Positions 15,634 to 31,091 of a stretch of DNA of 64,000 bases are shown piece by piece. The position numbers and the translations under genes were made by a program. Source of the DNA: the human T2T-CHM13v2.0 reference genome, Homo sapiens; the NCBI RefSeq assembly GCF_009914755.1, contig NC_060932.1, one strand, 5' to 3'. The notes under the pieces were generated by a model, which was not told the DNA's origin, made no database searches, and was given only the letters and a program-made list of their open reading frames with translations. Every line of letters starts with the position of its first letter. Positions within the stretch are counted from its first letter, which is position 1.

Positions 15634-16849
15634 TAGTCCTAAGTCCCACTTATCCACCATACACTATGTGCCAGGCACAACGCTAAGTGCTTCTATGGAC
15701 GAGCTTCCCTTAATCTCAGCAGCAACAACCCCAGGCAATGGAGCCTGTTGACAGATCCATTTGCCACTGAAGACAGTAAGGCTCAGAGAGGGTAAGTGGC
15801 TTGTGCCATGTCAGCCAGCTAAGGAGGGGCAGAACCAGGATGCAAACCCCAGCCGCCTGGCTCCAGAATCGCGTTCCAAAGGTCTCACTACACTTGGTCA
15901 CTCCACCGCATTCTGGAATCCTGGTCTTTGGCAGAGTCCACGTAAAAGAGGGAGGTAGAGGGAGTGAGAGGGACTTCATGCAATAAAGTTTCCCGGCGTT
16001 ACACTGCCACCGTAATTGTGTCCCCAACCAGGACCTCTCCCTTCTCATCCTTTCCGTGATCGGCCCTGGAAAACCTTCCAAAGAACTGTCCTCCTTCTCC
16101 CGGGATCTCAGAGAAAATTCACCTGAGTTCAGTGTCCAGGTGACCCAAGCTCTGAATGCGGTAACGTGGACGGGGAGAAGAGGATGTCACCATGAGCAAG
16201 CCTCCCAGACAGCATCCAGGAGCAACCCCAAGACTGGGCAGGAGTGCTCTGATGCCGCCCATGGCGAGGAGGGCTGCCCATGCTGCCTAAATGGGTTCAG
16301 AATGAAGACCGCCCTCTCTCCCATGTGGGGCTCATTAACCATGAATCCAATTATTAAAACAAGCTCAGCTGAGCAAATGGTCAAACATAAAAACATGTGG
16401 AAGGAACAAAGAGGTCAACCCCATTATCCATTAAAAACCATCAAGGTGGCGGCCCTCACTGAGGGGTACAGTTCTCCAGCGGGCCCTCATCTGCCCTCCA
16501 AACCCACATGCCTCCGCAGTGGAAGGCCAGCAAAGCCACACAGGAAGAGTTGGGGTAGGAAAGCCGAAAGTGAACCCCAGGAGGCCAGCCTGGCTATGCA
16601 GCCCCATCCCACACACACTGGCCCGGTGATTCAGGGGCCAACGTTTGCAGGACACCGGGAGCTCACAGGGACAGCGCCCCGGGGATGCAAGGAACTTTGC
16701 CTCTCTGTCCCTCTCTGTAGGGATGGAAAGAGGAGAGCGATTTCTGGGGTGGAAGCCATCTGCCTCCTCTCAACTCTTGCTGCCCAACCAGAAAGGGAAG
16801 AAAAACAGGAAGATGCGGGACGGGTGAGGAGCTGGGTAAGCGCCGCCAG

Positions 16850-17760
16850 CCCGCAGTCCAGCAGAGCAGGGCTTGGCCAAGCCTGGCGCCAGGGACTTCC
16901 CCCCTACCCCCACCACAGGCCCCTCGCCAGGTGAGAGGCACCGACAGGGTCCCAGACAGATGCCCCAGACAGGATGCCCAGCGCAACACCCGCCACTTCC
17001 CCTGCTAGGGGCCCCCAGGACGCGGGGCTGCCCCTCTCTTTTTGGCCAGCCGCAGAGTCCAGCGGGTCTCCCAGCCAGGGACGTCGTGGGAGAATCAGGA
17101 AGTCAAAGCCACACAGCCGAGAAGCGGCAGCTGGCGTCTCGGAGGCCGTCACGCGCTGTCACTCCGCGCCCTTCGGAGTTGCCGCTAAAATACCAACTTC
17201 AACCCGGGGCCGGCCACTGAGCCTCCCGCCGCCCCTACCGGCGCCCCCGGCACCCCCGGACCCCGGCGCCCGCGTCACTTACTCCTCTGCCTTCGCCACC
17301 TGTCTGGGTGCCGGTCTCCTCCCTGCCTGGCCGCGGCGCGTCCTCCCCGTCCTCGCAGTCCTCGGGTTCTGCGCTTCCCCCCTCCAGCTACAGCCGCAGC
17401 CTCTTCTCTTCGGGAGGGACGTCGTCCTCCTCCCTCCTGGGCCGGCCATCCCTGCCTCGGGGCTTGCCAGTGGCTTCGGAGCTGCCGGAAGGGCTGGCCA
17501 CGGCTGGGGGGCTCTGCCTGCACCTGGAGAAGAGGAAGGATACGGCGCGAGCGGCCTCTCGGCGGAGCTGGGGCGTCTGAGCGCGGGCTCGGTGGGTCCG
17601 CCCGGAGAGGGGCTGGGCATAGCGGCCGGCTCGGGCTCCTACGCGGGCCGCTCCTGGCTCTCGCGCCCTCTGCTGGCCGCTCGCGCGCACCGCGGAGAAG
17701 CCGGGCCCTGGCCTGCGCTGCACTCACCTGCCCCCGCCCAGGCAGTCGCTGTCCCCTGCC
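16850..17760. promoter_or_regulatory. CpG island
   Basis: very GC- and CpG-rich stretch around the minus-strand exon. Confidence 0.85.
17283..17501 (-). pseudogene. 219-nt exon, probable paralog of RBFOX1 distal first coding exon; GTG start, internal TAG
   Basis: (V)ASPSGSSEATGKPRGRDGRPRREEDDVPPEEKRLRL*LEGGSAEPEDCEDGEDAPRPGREETGTQTGGEGRG then GTAAGT donor; RBFOX1 identity recalled, not verified. Confidence 0.55.
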
Positions 17761-20197
17761 TGTGGCCAGACCCGCTCTGGCCAGGCCCTGCACCTCCTCC
17801 CCACCCCAGCCAGGTTGCACCCCGATGGTCTCCCTGCCCAAGGAGGAGAGAAGAGAAGGGAAGCCCCGAGAGGGTGGACATCGGCCACAGCCACCTTGTC
17901 TTTGCTCTTACCGTGTGTCTTCCATGATTTGGAGGTGGTGGGAAACCCGAGGCTGCTCAAAACTCGTGGAGAATTCCGCCTGCAGGATGACATGAATGCA
18001 CCTTCCCATTGCCTACCAACAGACCTTTTTTGAGCATCACTGTGGACCAGGTGTGGTGATGGGGGAGGGGATATTGTGGAGAACATGACAGGCATTGCCT
18101 TCACCCAGTGGGGCTCAGCGCTGGGTGGGAAGGCATTGAGAATGGACATTGTCAATTGGGCCAAAGGAGGCCAAGGAGAAGTGCTGGGGGCATGGGAACT
18201 GAAAAAGACAGGAGGCTCAGCAGGTCTTGGAGCTGGGAAAGTGACAGCAGCAGCGGCTGTTCCAAAGGAAGCAACAGCTGAGAGAGGTCTCGGAGAGTTG
18301 TTCTCAGCCCAGTGGAGGGTGTTCAGGCAGAGGGAACAGCGTGTGCAAAAGCCCAGAGGCTGGGAAAGAAGCAGAAAGAGGACTGTGGGGCTGGAGCATG
18401 GTGGGCAAGGGGAGGAAGGTGTGGTGGACAGACAGATTGACTGGGACCCAGCTGTGCAGGGGCAGAGGAGATAGGGGATCCTTGCAGGCCCCCAGCCGGG
18501 GCTCAGGCACAGAGACAATGCAGGTGGGCAAAGGGAGGAGACGTGGAGAAATATTTTGGAGGCATGCCCTGATGAATGAGCCCAGGATGCACCCTTAGTG
18601 TCAGTGTGGAGCTCCTTCCTTGACTGTGTGATGAGCTGAACTCGGGGGTATTTTCTGGACATTGAGGTGCTACACCAAGAGCCCAGGACAGGCTAAGTGA
18701 GCACTAGCAGCTCCTGGCCCACCTCAAAAGCAGGAGAGACAGGGGAGACTGGGGAGGCCGGGGTGGAAGGGGAAGCCAGGAAGGTAGGAGAGGCCAGGGA
18801 AGCAGAGGAGGCCAGGGAGGCAATGGAGGCAGGAGAGGCTGGGGAGGTTATGTCCTTTCCATGATTCTGCCCTGGATCCTAGGCCCCTGAACTCCCTGAG
18901 CTTCCCCACCCCAAGCGCTGGAACCAGGTTGCACAATGGTCTCCCCACTAAGCTCCTGATGGCAGCCCCTACCCTGCTGTGCTCCCTATTTCAACCCTAA
19001 CAGCTCTCACAGTGGGCAGCACATAGTAGGTGCTCAGGAAACACTGGTGGGAGAGCACGTGGGTCTGCTCAGCACCTTCCTCTCTCCTCCAGCTCTCCCC
19101 ATCATGAAATAATTCTGATAACGACACATGGACTTTGAGACCCTCTTCTATTACTTTCCATATGCTAATGCATCTATACTCACAGCAGCCCTGGGGGTGG
19201 GTGCAATGAGGATGCCCATTTTATAGAGGAGGAGACTGAGGTATAAAGAGGGTAAGTGACATACGCACACTACAGGGGCTGGGGCCAAGTGATCAGAGCA
19301 CTCAATCCCCAAAGGCAAGGTAGATGCAGTTATCATAAAAGACAGCAGAGTCAAAGCTGCAACCAGAATAGCCTGACTCCCAGCGACCTATGGTGCCTGC
19401 TGATCGTGGCTTTCCTAGAAGTGAAATAGATAAGAAGCCTGCCACATTTCACTTGATCTGTGTTTGCAGAAGAGCTCTAGGTCAAGTGAGCAGAAGTCTA
19501 ATCTGAATCATAAAAACAGAGTCACAGTCCCCAGTCAATTTCCAGACATAAGCCAGTTCACAGACCTGGAGTCCCTTGTCTGAATGAGAAGCCAGGTCCC
19601 CTCCAGAAAGGACTCTGCTCCACTGCCAAAAATTTATACTGTCAGTCTTTCTCCCAACCTGCCCCCAAGGGAATACACAGCCTTTCACCAGGATGACTGA
19701 ACAGGAGAAAAGGAACTAATGAGACCTGTGCAGGATCACTGGACACAGGCTCTGAACTGGCACTAGGGCGAGACTAGGTTCTACCAGTCAGAATAGGCAT
19801 TTTGGAGGTCAGGTGAATGTTGGTGCAAGTTCATGTCACGGTAGGTCCATTGGGTCCCCAAATCCATCCCCTCTGGTTATATACAAAGCGGCAATGCTGA
19901 GATTCAAATTCAGGGCATCCGACATAGAGCCTGGGCTCTTACTCATGAAACATTCTGACACTAGTAACCAATTTAAAAGTGCAAACACCTCCTGGGACTA
20001 GAATGGGTCCCCAAAACAGTCATGTAAATTGGTTCTGTCAAGAATTTCCTCCCACCCCCTGCTGAGAGCCAGTTGCAAGGAGAGACTAGGGAAGGGCATT
20101 GGGTAACTTTGTTGCTAAAAGCTCTTCTGGATAAAGACGTATGGGAAAAGAAGCAAATAGAGTTCAGCAGAAGAGGTAAGAAAGTAAGTTTATGTTT

Positions 20198-20529
<332 letters not shown>

Positions 20530-22408
20530 TTATTATCTCGGTGAATCCCATATAACCTTCCTATCAAAGTGTATCTCATTTATCTCCATTTTATAGATGA
20601 GAAAACTGAGGCCCCTGGAGTAGTATTAATTTTCCAAGACCGCATTGCTCATAAAGGGTACAGCAGGGACCCAAGCTCGACACTCTCACCCTCAAACATT
20701 TATACAAGTGTGGACCAATGGCTCTCAACTGGGGTGGTTTTGCTCACGTACCGCTCCCTTGCCCCACATTATTTGAAACCATCTGGAGACGTCTGGGGTA
20801 GCCATAGCAGGGAGGGTAGAATGGCACCTAGAGGATGGAGACCACAGATGCTGCTAACCATCCTTCAATACACAGGACAGCCCCACCACCAGCACCACGA
20901 ATGGTCTCACCACAAATATTCTGACTGTGCCAAAGCTGAGAAACCCAGGTTTCTCCTCAGCAAGAAGGAAAATCCCTGCAACGTGGATGCACCTCTACAG
21001 GAGCCCCAGGCTGACAATAACCTTCCTGATCTGGTTTCAACCCTGGATGCTTTTACCTGGTGCGTCCATCAGGGATTTCAGGGACTCCAGTGAGTTATCA
21101 CCCTTGAATGCTCGGTTCTGCCTGACAACCCAGAAATCTCTGCCGAGGTGCCTGGTCTTGCGGAAGACTCAGCAAGTGGTTGAGGTGGACAACCAAATAC
21201 CTAGGAGAGACTTTTCTCTCCCTCCAGGAGGAGCTGTGGGTCAGACACACACTGGGATCATTCACAAGTGGTCAATAAAGGCTTGAGGAGGGGCAGATTT
21301 TCTAGGCCTTCTCAATGGGGTGGGTGTTTGTGGATAAACAAGAAGCCTGTGAAACTTCTGATATTGGGAGGAAATCAATGCCCCCCCCTCCACCCTCCCC
21401 CACCTCCCCACCATAAACACATGCCCTGCAGCAGGACTTGACACTCAAGGGCTCCTGGGGTCCCGATTAATCTGCTAAAACATCCTCTAGCCACCACCGA
21501 ATAAAGCAACCGCTTGCCACCCAACCACAAGAGCACAGCCTGGGAGCCACTCCAAGGGACATCCAGTCACATTAAAACCTCAGCCATCCAGAGCACCAGG
21601 CCTGGTGATGAGAAAGAACATTTTATCCTTAAAAGCATCTGAATGCCCATGCTGCTTCTTGCAGAGAAAAGTCCAAAATAATCTGTTATTAAAGAACGAG
21701 GATGGTTTTGACATTTTTACCAAGCTAGTGGTCTACGCAGACAAAATCTCATAAAAGGGCACTCTGTTCTTCTTGATCCACTCAGACATGGCCTGTGAGT
21801 GAAGAAACGGGCTCTCCTCCTCAAAGAAATCACTGCTGATCCTCGTACCAGCCTGACACTGCTTCATGGGTTCTTCAAAGAGAGTATTCCCATAGGAACT
21901 AAAAGGGAAGAGGAATGTGTCTGGCGGGCATTGTGGGCAGCAGTGAGCTTTGGGCCAAATTTTAAGTTTGCAAATCAGGATTCCCTCTTTTCAAGGGGCT
22001 GCCGGACTGAGCAGATACAGGCACCGTGAAAAGAGCGTGCCATGTTCAGATTCAGGAAACAAGGATGGTTTCTGTTCAGTTCCTCCATCATCCTTCAGGT
22101 CATGCTATTCCCATTTCCCTCTGTGGACCAAACAATTCAGTGGGGTTTCTGCCTTTTAAACATTTCATTATCAACATATCATCCTTTTAGCCTCCAGAAA
22201 GCATTTTAACATGGAGATTCTGGCTTAAGACTCTTGTGGGTCTGTCTGTCTCTCTCTCTCTCTTTTCCTTGAAACGGTCTCACTTTGTCACCCAGGCTGA
22301 AGTGCAGTGGCATGATCACAGCTCACTGCAACCCAACCTTCCAGGCTCTAGCAATCCTCCCACCTCAGCCTCCCAAGTACTTGGGACTGCAGACACACAC
22401 CACCATAA

Positions 22409-22639
<231 letters not shown>

Positions 22640-23229
22640 TAGTACTAAGTCCCACTTATCCACCATACACTATGTGCCAGGCACAACGCTAAGTGCTTCT
22701 ATGGACGAGCTTCCCTTAATCTCAGCAGCAACAACCCCAGGCAATGGGGCCTGTTGACAGATCCATTTGCCACTGAAGACAGTAAGGCTCAGAGAGGGTA
22801 AGTGGCTTGTGCCATGTCAGCCAGCTAAGGAGGGGCAGAACCAGGATGCAAACCCCAGCCGCCTGGCTCCAAAATCACATTCCCAAGGTCTCACTACACT
22901 TGGTCACTCCACCGCATTCTGGTATCCTGGTCTTTGGCAGAGTCCACGTAAAAGAGGGAGGTAGAGGGAGTGAGAGGGACTTCATGCAATAAAGTTTCCC
23001 GGCGTTACACTGCCACCGTAATTGTGTCCCCGACCAGGACCTCTCCCTTCTCATCCTTTCCGTGATCGGCCCTGGAAAACCTTCCAAAGAACTGTCCTCC
23101 TTCTCCCGGGATCTCAGAGAAAATTCACCTGAGTTCAGTGTCCAGGTGACCCAAGCTCTGAATGCGGTAACGTGGACGGGGAGATGAGGATGTCACCATG
23201 AGCAAGCCTCCCAGACAGCATCCAGGAGC

Positions 23230-23960
23230 AACCCCCAGACTGGGCGGGGGGGCTCTGATCCTGCCCATGGCGAGGAGGGCTGCCCATGCTGCCTAAATGG
23301 GTTCAGAATGAAGGCTGCACTCCCAACTTCAACCCGGGGACGGCCACGGAGCCTCCCGACGCCCCTTCGTCGCGTCCCCGGCACCCCCGAGCCCCCGGCA
23401 CTCCCGGACCCCCGCGCCCGCATCACTTACTCCTTTGCCGTCGCCACCTGTCTGGGTGCCGGTCTCCTTCCTGCCCGGCAGCGGCGGGTCCTCCCCGTCC
23501 TCGCAGTCCTCGGGCTGTGCGCTTCCCCCCTCCAGCTACAGCCCCAGCCTCTTCTCTTCGGGAGGGACTTCCTCCTCCCCCATCCTGGGACTGCCATCCC
23601 TGCCTCGGGGCTTGCCAGTGGCTTCGGAGCTGCTGGAAGGGCTGGCCATGGCTCCGCGGGCTCTGCCTGAACTTGGGGAAGAAGAAGGACCCGGCTCAAG
23701 CGGCTTCTCGGCGGAGCTGGGGCGTCTGAGCACGGGCTCGGTGGGTCCGCGCGGCGCGGAGCTGGGTATCGGGGCCGGCCCGGGCTCCTCCGCGGGCCGC
23801 GCCTGGCTCTCTGGCGCCCTCTTCTGGCCGCTCTCGCGCACCTCTGCCACGCCGGGCCCAGGCCTGCGCAGCTGTCACATGTCCTGGCCCAGGAGGTCGC
23901 TGTCCCTTGCCCATGGACAGGTCCGCTCTGGCAATGCCCTGCACCACCTCCCCGCCCCAG
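23230..23960. promoter_or_regulatory. CpG island (duplicate)
   Basis: GC/CpG-rich paralog of 17190-17810. Confidence 0.8.
23431..23649 (-). pseudogene. Second copy of the 219-nt RBFOX1-like exon; ATG intact, same TAG at codon 38
   Basis: MASPSSSSEATGKPRGRDGSPRMGEEEVPPEEKRLGL*LEGGSAQPEDCEDGEDPPLPGRKETGTQTGGDGKG then GTAAGT. Confidence 0.55.
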
Positions 23961-26396
23961 CCAGGTTGCACCCCGATGGTCTCCCTGCTCAAGGAGGAGA
24001 GAAGAGAAGGGACGCCACGATAGGGTGGACATCGGCCACAGCCACCTTGTCTTTGCTCTTACCCTGTGTCTTCCATGATTTGGAGGTGGTGGGAAACCCG
24101 AGGCTGCTCAAAACTCGTGGAGAATTCCGCCTGCAGGATGACATGAATGCACCTTCGCATTGCCTACCAACAGATCTTTTTTGAGCATCACTGTGGACCA
24201 GTCGTGGTGATGGGGGAGGGGATATTGTGGTGAACATGACAGGCATTGCCTTCACCCAGTGGGGCTCAGCGCTGGGTGGGAAGGCATTGAGAATGGACAT
24301 TGTCAATTGGGCCAAAGGAGGCCAAGGAGAAGTGCTGGGGGCATGGGAACTGAAAAAGACAGGAGGCTCAGCAGGTCTTTGAGCTGGGAGAGGGACAGCA
24401 GCAGCGGCTTTTCCAAAGGAAGCAACAGCTGAGAGAGGTCTCAGAGAGTTGTTCTCAGCCCAGTGGAGGGTGTTCAGGCAGAAGGAACAGCGTGTGCAAA
24501 AGCCCAGAGGCTGGGAAAGAAGCAGAAAGAGGACTGTGGGGCTGGAGCGTGGTGGGCAATAGGAGAGAGGTGTGGTGGGCAGACAGATTGCCTGGGACCC
24601 AGCCGTGCAGGGGCAGAGGAGATAGAGGATCCTTGCAGGCCCCCAGCTGGGGCTGAGGCACAGAGACAATGCAGGTGGGCAAAGGGAGGAGACGTGGAGA
24701 AATATTTTGGAGGCATGCCCTGATGAATGAGCCCAGGATGCACCCTTAGTGTCAGTGTGGAGCTCCTTTCTTGGCTGTGTGATAAGCTGAACCCGGGGGT
24801 ATTTTCTGGACATCGAAGTGCTACACCCAGAGTCCAGGACAGGCTAAGTGAGCACCAGCAGCTCCTGGCCCACCTCAAAAGCAGGAAAGACAGGGGAGAC
24901 TGGGGAGGCCGGGGCGGAAGGGGAAGCCAGGAAGGCAGGAGAGGCCAGGGAACAGAGGAGGTCAGGGAGGCAGGGGAGGCAGGGGAGGCTGGGGCGGCTG
25001 TGTCCTTTCCATGATTCTGCCCTGGATCCTAGGCCCCTGTAGTCCCTGGGCTTCCCCACCCCAAGCACTGTAACCATGTTGCACAACGGTCTCCCCACTA
25101 AGCTCCTGATGGCAGCCCCTATCCTGCTGTTCTCCCTATTTCAACCCTAACAGCTCTCACAGTGGGCAGCACATAGTGGGTGCTCAGGAAACACTGGTGG
25201 GAGAGCACGTGGGTCTGCTCAGCACCTTCCTCTCTCCTCCAGCTCTCCCCATCATGAAATAATTCTGATAACGACACATGGACTTTGAGACCCTCTTCTA
25301 TTACTTTCCATATGCTAATCCATCTATACCTCACAGCAGCCCTGGGGGTGGGTGCAATGAGGATGCCCATTTTATAGAGGAGGAGACTGAGGTATAAAGA
25401 GGGTAAGTGACATACGCACAGTACAGGGGCTGGGGTCAAGTGATCAGAGCACTCAATCCCCAAAGGCAAGGTGGATGCAGTTACCATAAAAGACAGCAGA
25501 GTCAAAGCTGCAACCAGAATAGCCTGACTCGCAGAGACCTATGGTGCCGGCTGATCGTGGCTTTCCTAGAACTGAAATAGATAAGAAGCCTGCCACATTT
25601 TTACTGGATCTGTGTTTGAAGAAGAATTCTAGGTCAGGTGAGCAGAAGTCTAATCTGAATCATAAAAACAGAGTCACAGTCCCCCGTCAATTCCCAGACA
25701 TAAGCCAGTTCACAGACCTGGAGTCCCTTGTCTGAATGGGAAGCCAGGTCCCCTCCAGAAAGGACTCTGCTCCACTGCCAAAAATTTATACTGTCAATCT
25801 TTCTCCCAGCCTGTCCCCAAGGGAATACACAGCCTTTACCAGGATGACTGAATAGGAGAAAAAGAACTAATGGGACCTGTGCAAGACCACTGGACACAGG
25901 CTCTGAACTGGCACTAGGGCGAGACTAGGGTCTACCAGTCAGAATAGGCATTTTGGAGTTCAGGTGAATGTTGGTCCAAGTTCATGTCATGGTAGATCCA
26001 TTGGGTCCCCAAATCCGTCCTCTGCTTATATACAAAATGGCCATGTTGAGACTTAAATTCAGGGTATCCAACTTAGAGGCTGTGCTCTTACTCATGAAAC
26101 ATTCTGACACTAGTAACCAATTTAAAAATGTAAACACCTCCTGGGGCTAGTGAGAGTCCTCCAAACAGTCATGTAAATTGGTTCTGTCAAGGATTTCCTC
26201 CTACCCACCCCCCCACCACTGAGAGTCAGTTGCAAGGAGAGACTAGGGAAAGGCATTGGGTAACTTTGTTGCTAAAAGTTCTTCTGGATAAACAAGAGCC
26301 TTATCCAGGAAAAAGAAGCAAAATAGAGTTCAGCAGAAGTTGCGAAAAGAAGCACATAGAGTTCAGCAGAAGAGGTAAGAAAGTAAGTTTATGTTT

Positions 26397-26806
<410 letters not shown>

Positions 26807-26895
26807 TCACTCCTGGCCGGCTGAGCCACTTTTCAAAACACCCTTGCACGGCTGTGCAGAGAGGCTGGCTCCACTGGCAGCCGGCAGAGCCATAA

Positions 26896-27229
<334 letters not shown>

Positions 27230-27984
27230 TGGTAAGCACTTTTAATCAATGCAACAGGAATAAACATTTGCTGCAGAGCGGCAATGTGTAGGGAAGAACA
27301 TGCTTCCACTTAGGATCAGAAAGCAAAACCTCCTGGCTGTTTGCATCTATGCAAGAGCTCACAGGAAAAGCCCTCTGTGTGGCTGCCAGCCTCACACACT
27401 CCCCCCAAGGGGTGAATTTCTCTTTCCATGTTAATCTATGCTCTGACGTGCCATCTGTCAACCACCACACCATTCTCAGTTGACATTTCAAAGCATCTTT
27501 GCCCTGAGAATGGTCACCAGCTCTGCCCTGCAAGCCCCCAGGTGACAATGAACTTAAATGAGAGAGAAAACAGGTTTCGAGGTGGATTTCAGTTCAGCAT
27601 CTTGGAGTCTCTGTGTGGACATGAAATCTGTCTCCCCAGCTGTAGACTGCATCCTTGTTTGTCATCTGGTTTGGTTCTTGGGGACTTGGAAACTCGTGGG
27701 CACCTTTGCAATTTGTCAAGAAGCTGCATGGCCCTTCCAACAAAAGCAAGGAATAGGAACAGAAGCCCAAGGCTTCAGATCAAGGTACAATTTAAAGCAG
27801 CCTCAGTATAAAAGCAAACAAGAGCCAGAGGGATGCCTAAGGCAGAGTCTACACCCCAGGGCAGCTATAAGGCAAAGAGAAAGAGAGAGAGAGACAGAGA
27901 CAGAAAGACAGAGAGAGATGGGAGGAAACATGAGGCACCCAGGCATCTGGATCAAAATCCCTACAAGAGGGGCCTCCTAAAAAT

Positions 27985-28225
27985 GCAGGAGGCTGAGGTG
28001 GGTGCACACAGAAGTTCAAGACTAGCCTGGGCAACACAGCAAGACCGTGTCTTTACAAAAAATACAAAAATTAGCCGGGTGTGGTGGTGTATGTCTGTGG
28101 TCCCAGTTACCCAGGAGACTGAGGTGGGAGGATTGCTTGAGCCCAGGAGATAGAGCTGCAGCAAGCTGAGATAGCACCACTGCACTCCAGCCTGGGCAAC
28201 AGAGTGAGACTTCATCACAAAAAAA
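27985..28225 (+). mobile_element. 5'-truncated Alu (J-like)
   Basis: partial Alu consensus with A-tail. Confidence 0.85.
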
Positions 28226-28802
28226 TTTAAAAAATTTTTTAAAAAGGATCACCCCGGCTACTCGAATGGGTAATAAGAAGGTAAGAGCAGAAGCAAGGAG
28301 ACCAGCAGGGACATTTTGCAGGTGGGAGTCCACAGAGGTTCAGACCAGGCTGGGGCTGAAGACTGCCTGAATTCTGTGTATATTTTGATGATGAAGCAAC
28401 TCACCGACTCTTGAAGAGTGGGCTCCAGGAGATGGTATTTTTAACAAGGTCTCAGAGGATTCTAATGCAGGCTGAAGTTGAAGAACTGGTTTAGGTGAAG
28501 CTTCTGTTTCATCCTTGGGGAAGTACCTACTGACTTTTCTCTAAGCCACCACAAAAGAGGTGCTAGACAAGATGTGCTCCAATGTCTGAACATGTGTGCA
28601 CAGCTCTAGAGCCAACCTAAGGACACTGAGTCAAAGGTTAGGAGTACAACAGTGAACAACCACTGTCCTCTTTTCAATAAGCTTTGCATTTAATGAGAGA
28701 AATAAAAAGCAAAAAAAAAAAATCATTTTCAACTCAGAATGGTAAGAGTTATGGTGACAGTATGCCTGGGGCAATGGGAGCACATAGAAGGGGTACCCAA
28801 TC

Positions 28803-29117
28803 GGCCAGGTGCAGTTGTTCATGCCTGTATTCCCAGCACTTCGGGAGGCCAAGGTGGGTGGATCACTTGAGGCCAGGAGTTCGAAAACAGCCTGGCCAAC
28901 ATGGTGAAATCCTGTCTTTACTAAAAATACAAAAAAATTAGCCAGATGTGGTGGGGGGCACCTGTAATTCCAGATACTCAGAAGGCTGAGGTGGGAGAAT
29001 TGCTTGAACCCGGGTGGTGGAGATTGCAGTGAGCCAAGATCGCACCACTGCATTCCAGCTTGCATGGTCAGAGCGAGACTCTTTCAAAAAAAAAAAAAAA
29101 GAAAGAAAAAAGAAAAA
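28803..29117 (+). mobile_element. Alu
   Basis: Alu consensus with A-tail. Confidence 0.93.
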
Positions 29118-31091
29118 GCTCGGAGGTGGGTGGGCATGCAATCTATATCAGGTGGTGAGAAATCCTTCTCCACCACAGGACTCCTCAGTTGAAGACTAGA
29201 AAATGGTAGGAACTAGCCAGGTCGATAGGAGAGGTGTGGAAGATCATTCTCAGCAGAGGGAAGAGCATGTGTAAAAATCGAGACGTGAGAGGGTGAGGAG
29301 CTGAGAGATGTTCATATAATTGTAAAAAGTGAGTAATATAGAGGTAAGTTGGAGCCAAATCTTAAAGGCTCTTTGTCGTGTCTATCCTGTAGAGAAAGGG
29401 AGACAGTAGATGTTTTTATGCAGGGGAGTAATGATCCACTTTGTGCTAGAAGAAGAGCAGTCTGGCTGGAGGAGAGTGGGTGGTGAGTAGACCAGGTAGG
29501 AGGCTGCAATACGCCAAGTGAGACAAGATGGTTGGCTGGACCAAGGCTGTGGCAGTGAGGATGGAGAGGAGACAGTAGACTAACTTGACTGAGAAAGAGG
29601 GAGGAATGAAGGAGGAGGCCCAGGTGATTTGGAAGCTGGGTGGATGGTGGTGTGAATCTGACGTGTTGAGCCCTGGCAGAAGAGGAAATCAGGAGAGGAA
29701 AGGTAAGATGAGGTCAATGCAAGACAGACAGCCAAGTGGAGATAACAACTGGGCAGTTGGATTCATCAGCCTGGAGTTATACAGAGAGCTCTGGAATGGA
29801 AATAAAGAGGAAAGGACTTTGGGAATAGGTGAATCCTCCCAGAATAATGTGTAAGAAAGGAGAATAGAACACAGGGGACAGAAAAAGGGAAGAGATTTGT
29901 TATTAAAACCAACCATCCATCAGACATCTTCCAATAAAACACTTGTTAGAGGTTTCCTCAGTGTGAGTTATTCAGGACCAGAGCTAAAGACCATATTCCC
30001 AATAAAATCACTGCTGGGAAGGTCTTCATGAAAACATTTAATGCTGCTTTTAAAACAACAACAATAAAAAGGCTTTAGCTACTGCACAGACCCTGGAGCA
30101 ATTTTTCGGCAAGAGTCTATCAAACACGAATCTGATCTGACTCAAGGAGGTGTCATATCAAGTGTAAAAATCCAATTCCAATGTCCATAAGAGCCTTTCT
30201 GCCAGGTACAAGACCCTAATCCAGTTGAAGTGATTTTCTATTGATTAATAGGCTGGGAATACACAGGTTGTTGGTTTTTGAGATTTCCCTCCCTGTGCCT
30301 TCATGCCAGCTGTGAAAGAGTCAAAAGGCTCCTAACTGTCAAAATAAAAATGACACTTGGTCACAGAGGAAGCAGATTATAGGTCAATCACATTGATGAC
30401 TTTTTAACTATGAGAAGCCATTAATGTTACTGAATAAGCAAATCTGTTTGCATAAGCAGATTTTTATAGGCTACTGGGAATAAAGGTTTTCCTAAGTGGG
30501 TGATTTGTACAACGATAGCCTTTGGGTCTCTGATGGAACAGCTCTGATGAGGAAATGTTCCTTTAATTATGTGGAAGGCCAATTACCACGTTATAGCCAC
30601 ATTGTTTTGCAGATTGCATATAATTTCACCATTTCCATAGTTTCAGCACTATAATTCTGGAGAAAATTCAGGCACCAAGGAGACACTTGAGGCACACTAT
30701 GCTGGAGACAAAGATGTTTTAGCGAATTCAATTTAAGCTTCAACATTAAAGTTATTTTGTTGAATAAAACATAATGCAATAATGAGCTTGTGTATGTCAA
30801 CTCTATAGTGCAGGTAATAATAGCTAGAGAGAGCATGTCCCGTCTCCTCTTTTTAATGCTCATTTGAGTAATACATAATGCTATAGAGAGAACTTTTCTC
30901 TAATATGTGCTTCACCTCAGGCTAAGCGTGTTTTGGGCAACTGTGCTTCATGAAAAAAAGGTAAAGGATCTAATTTGGGAGCCACTCACAAAAGTGCTAC
31001 CACTTGATGTTTTTTTATACTCTGAGATTTCTTATTCCCAGTGCCTACCAGGAATGGACTTTCTGGAGAAGCTCAGATTAATCACTCCTTA

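Noticed and set aside
16056-18662. Several ~300-aa ORFs on both strands
   Set aside because: Expected in stop-poor GC-rich DNA; only partly kept in the duplicate copy; no family recognised.
18735-18850. Purine-rich degenerate short repeat (also ~24885-25000)
   Set aside because: Ordinary low-complexity sequence.
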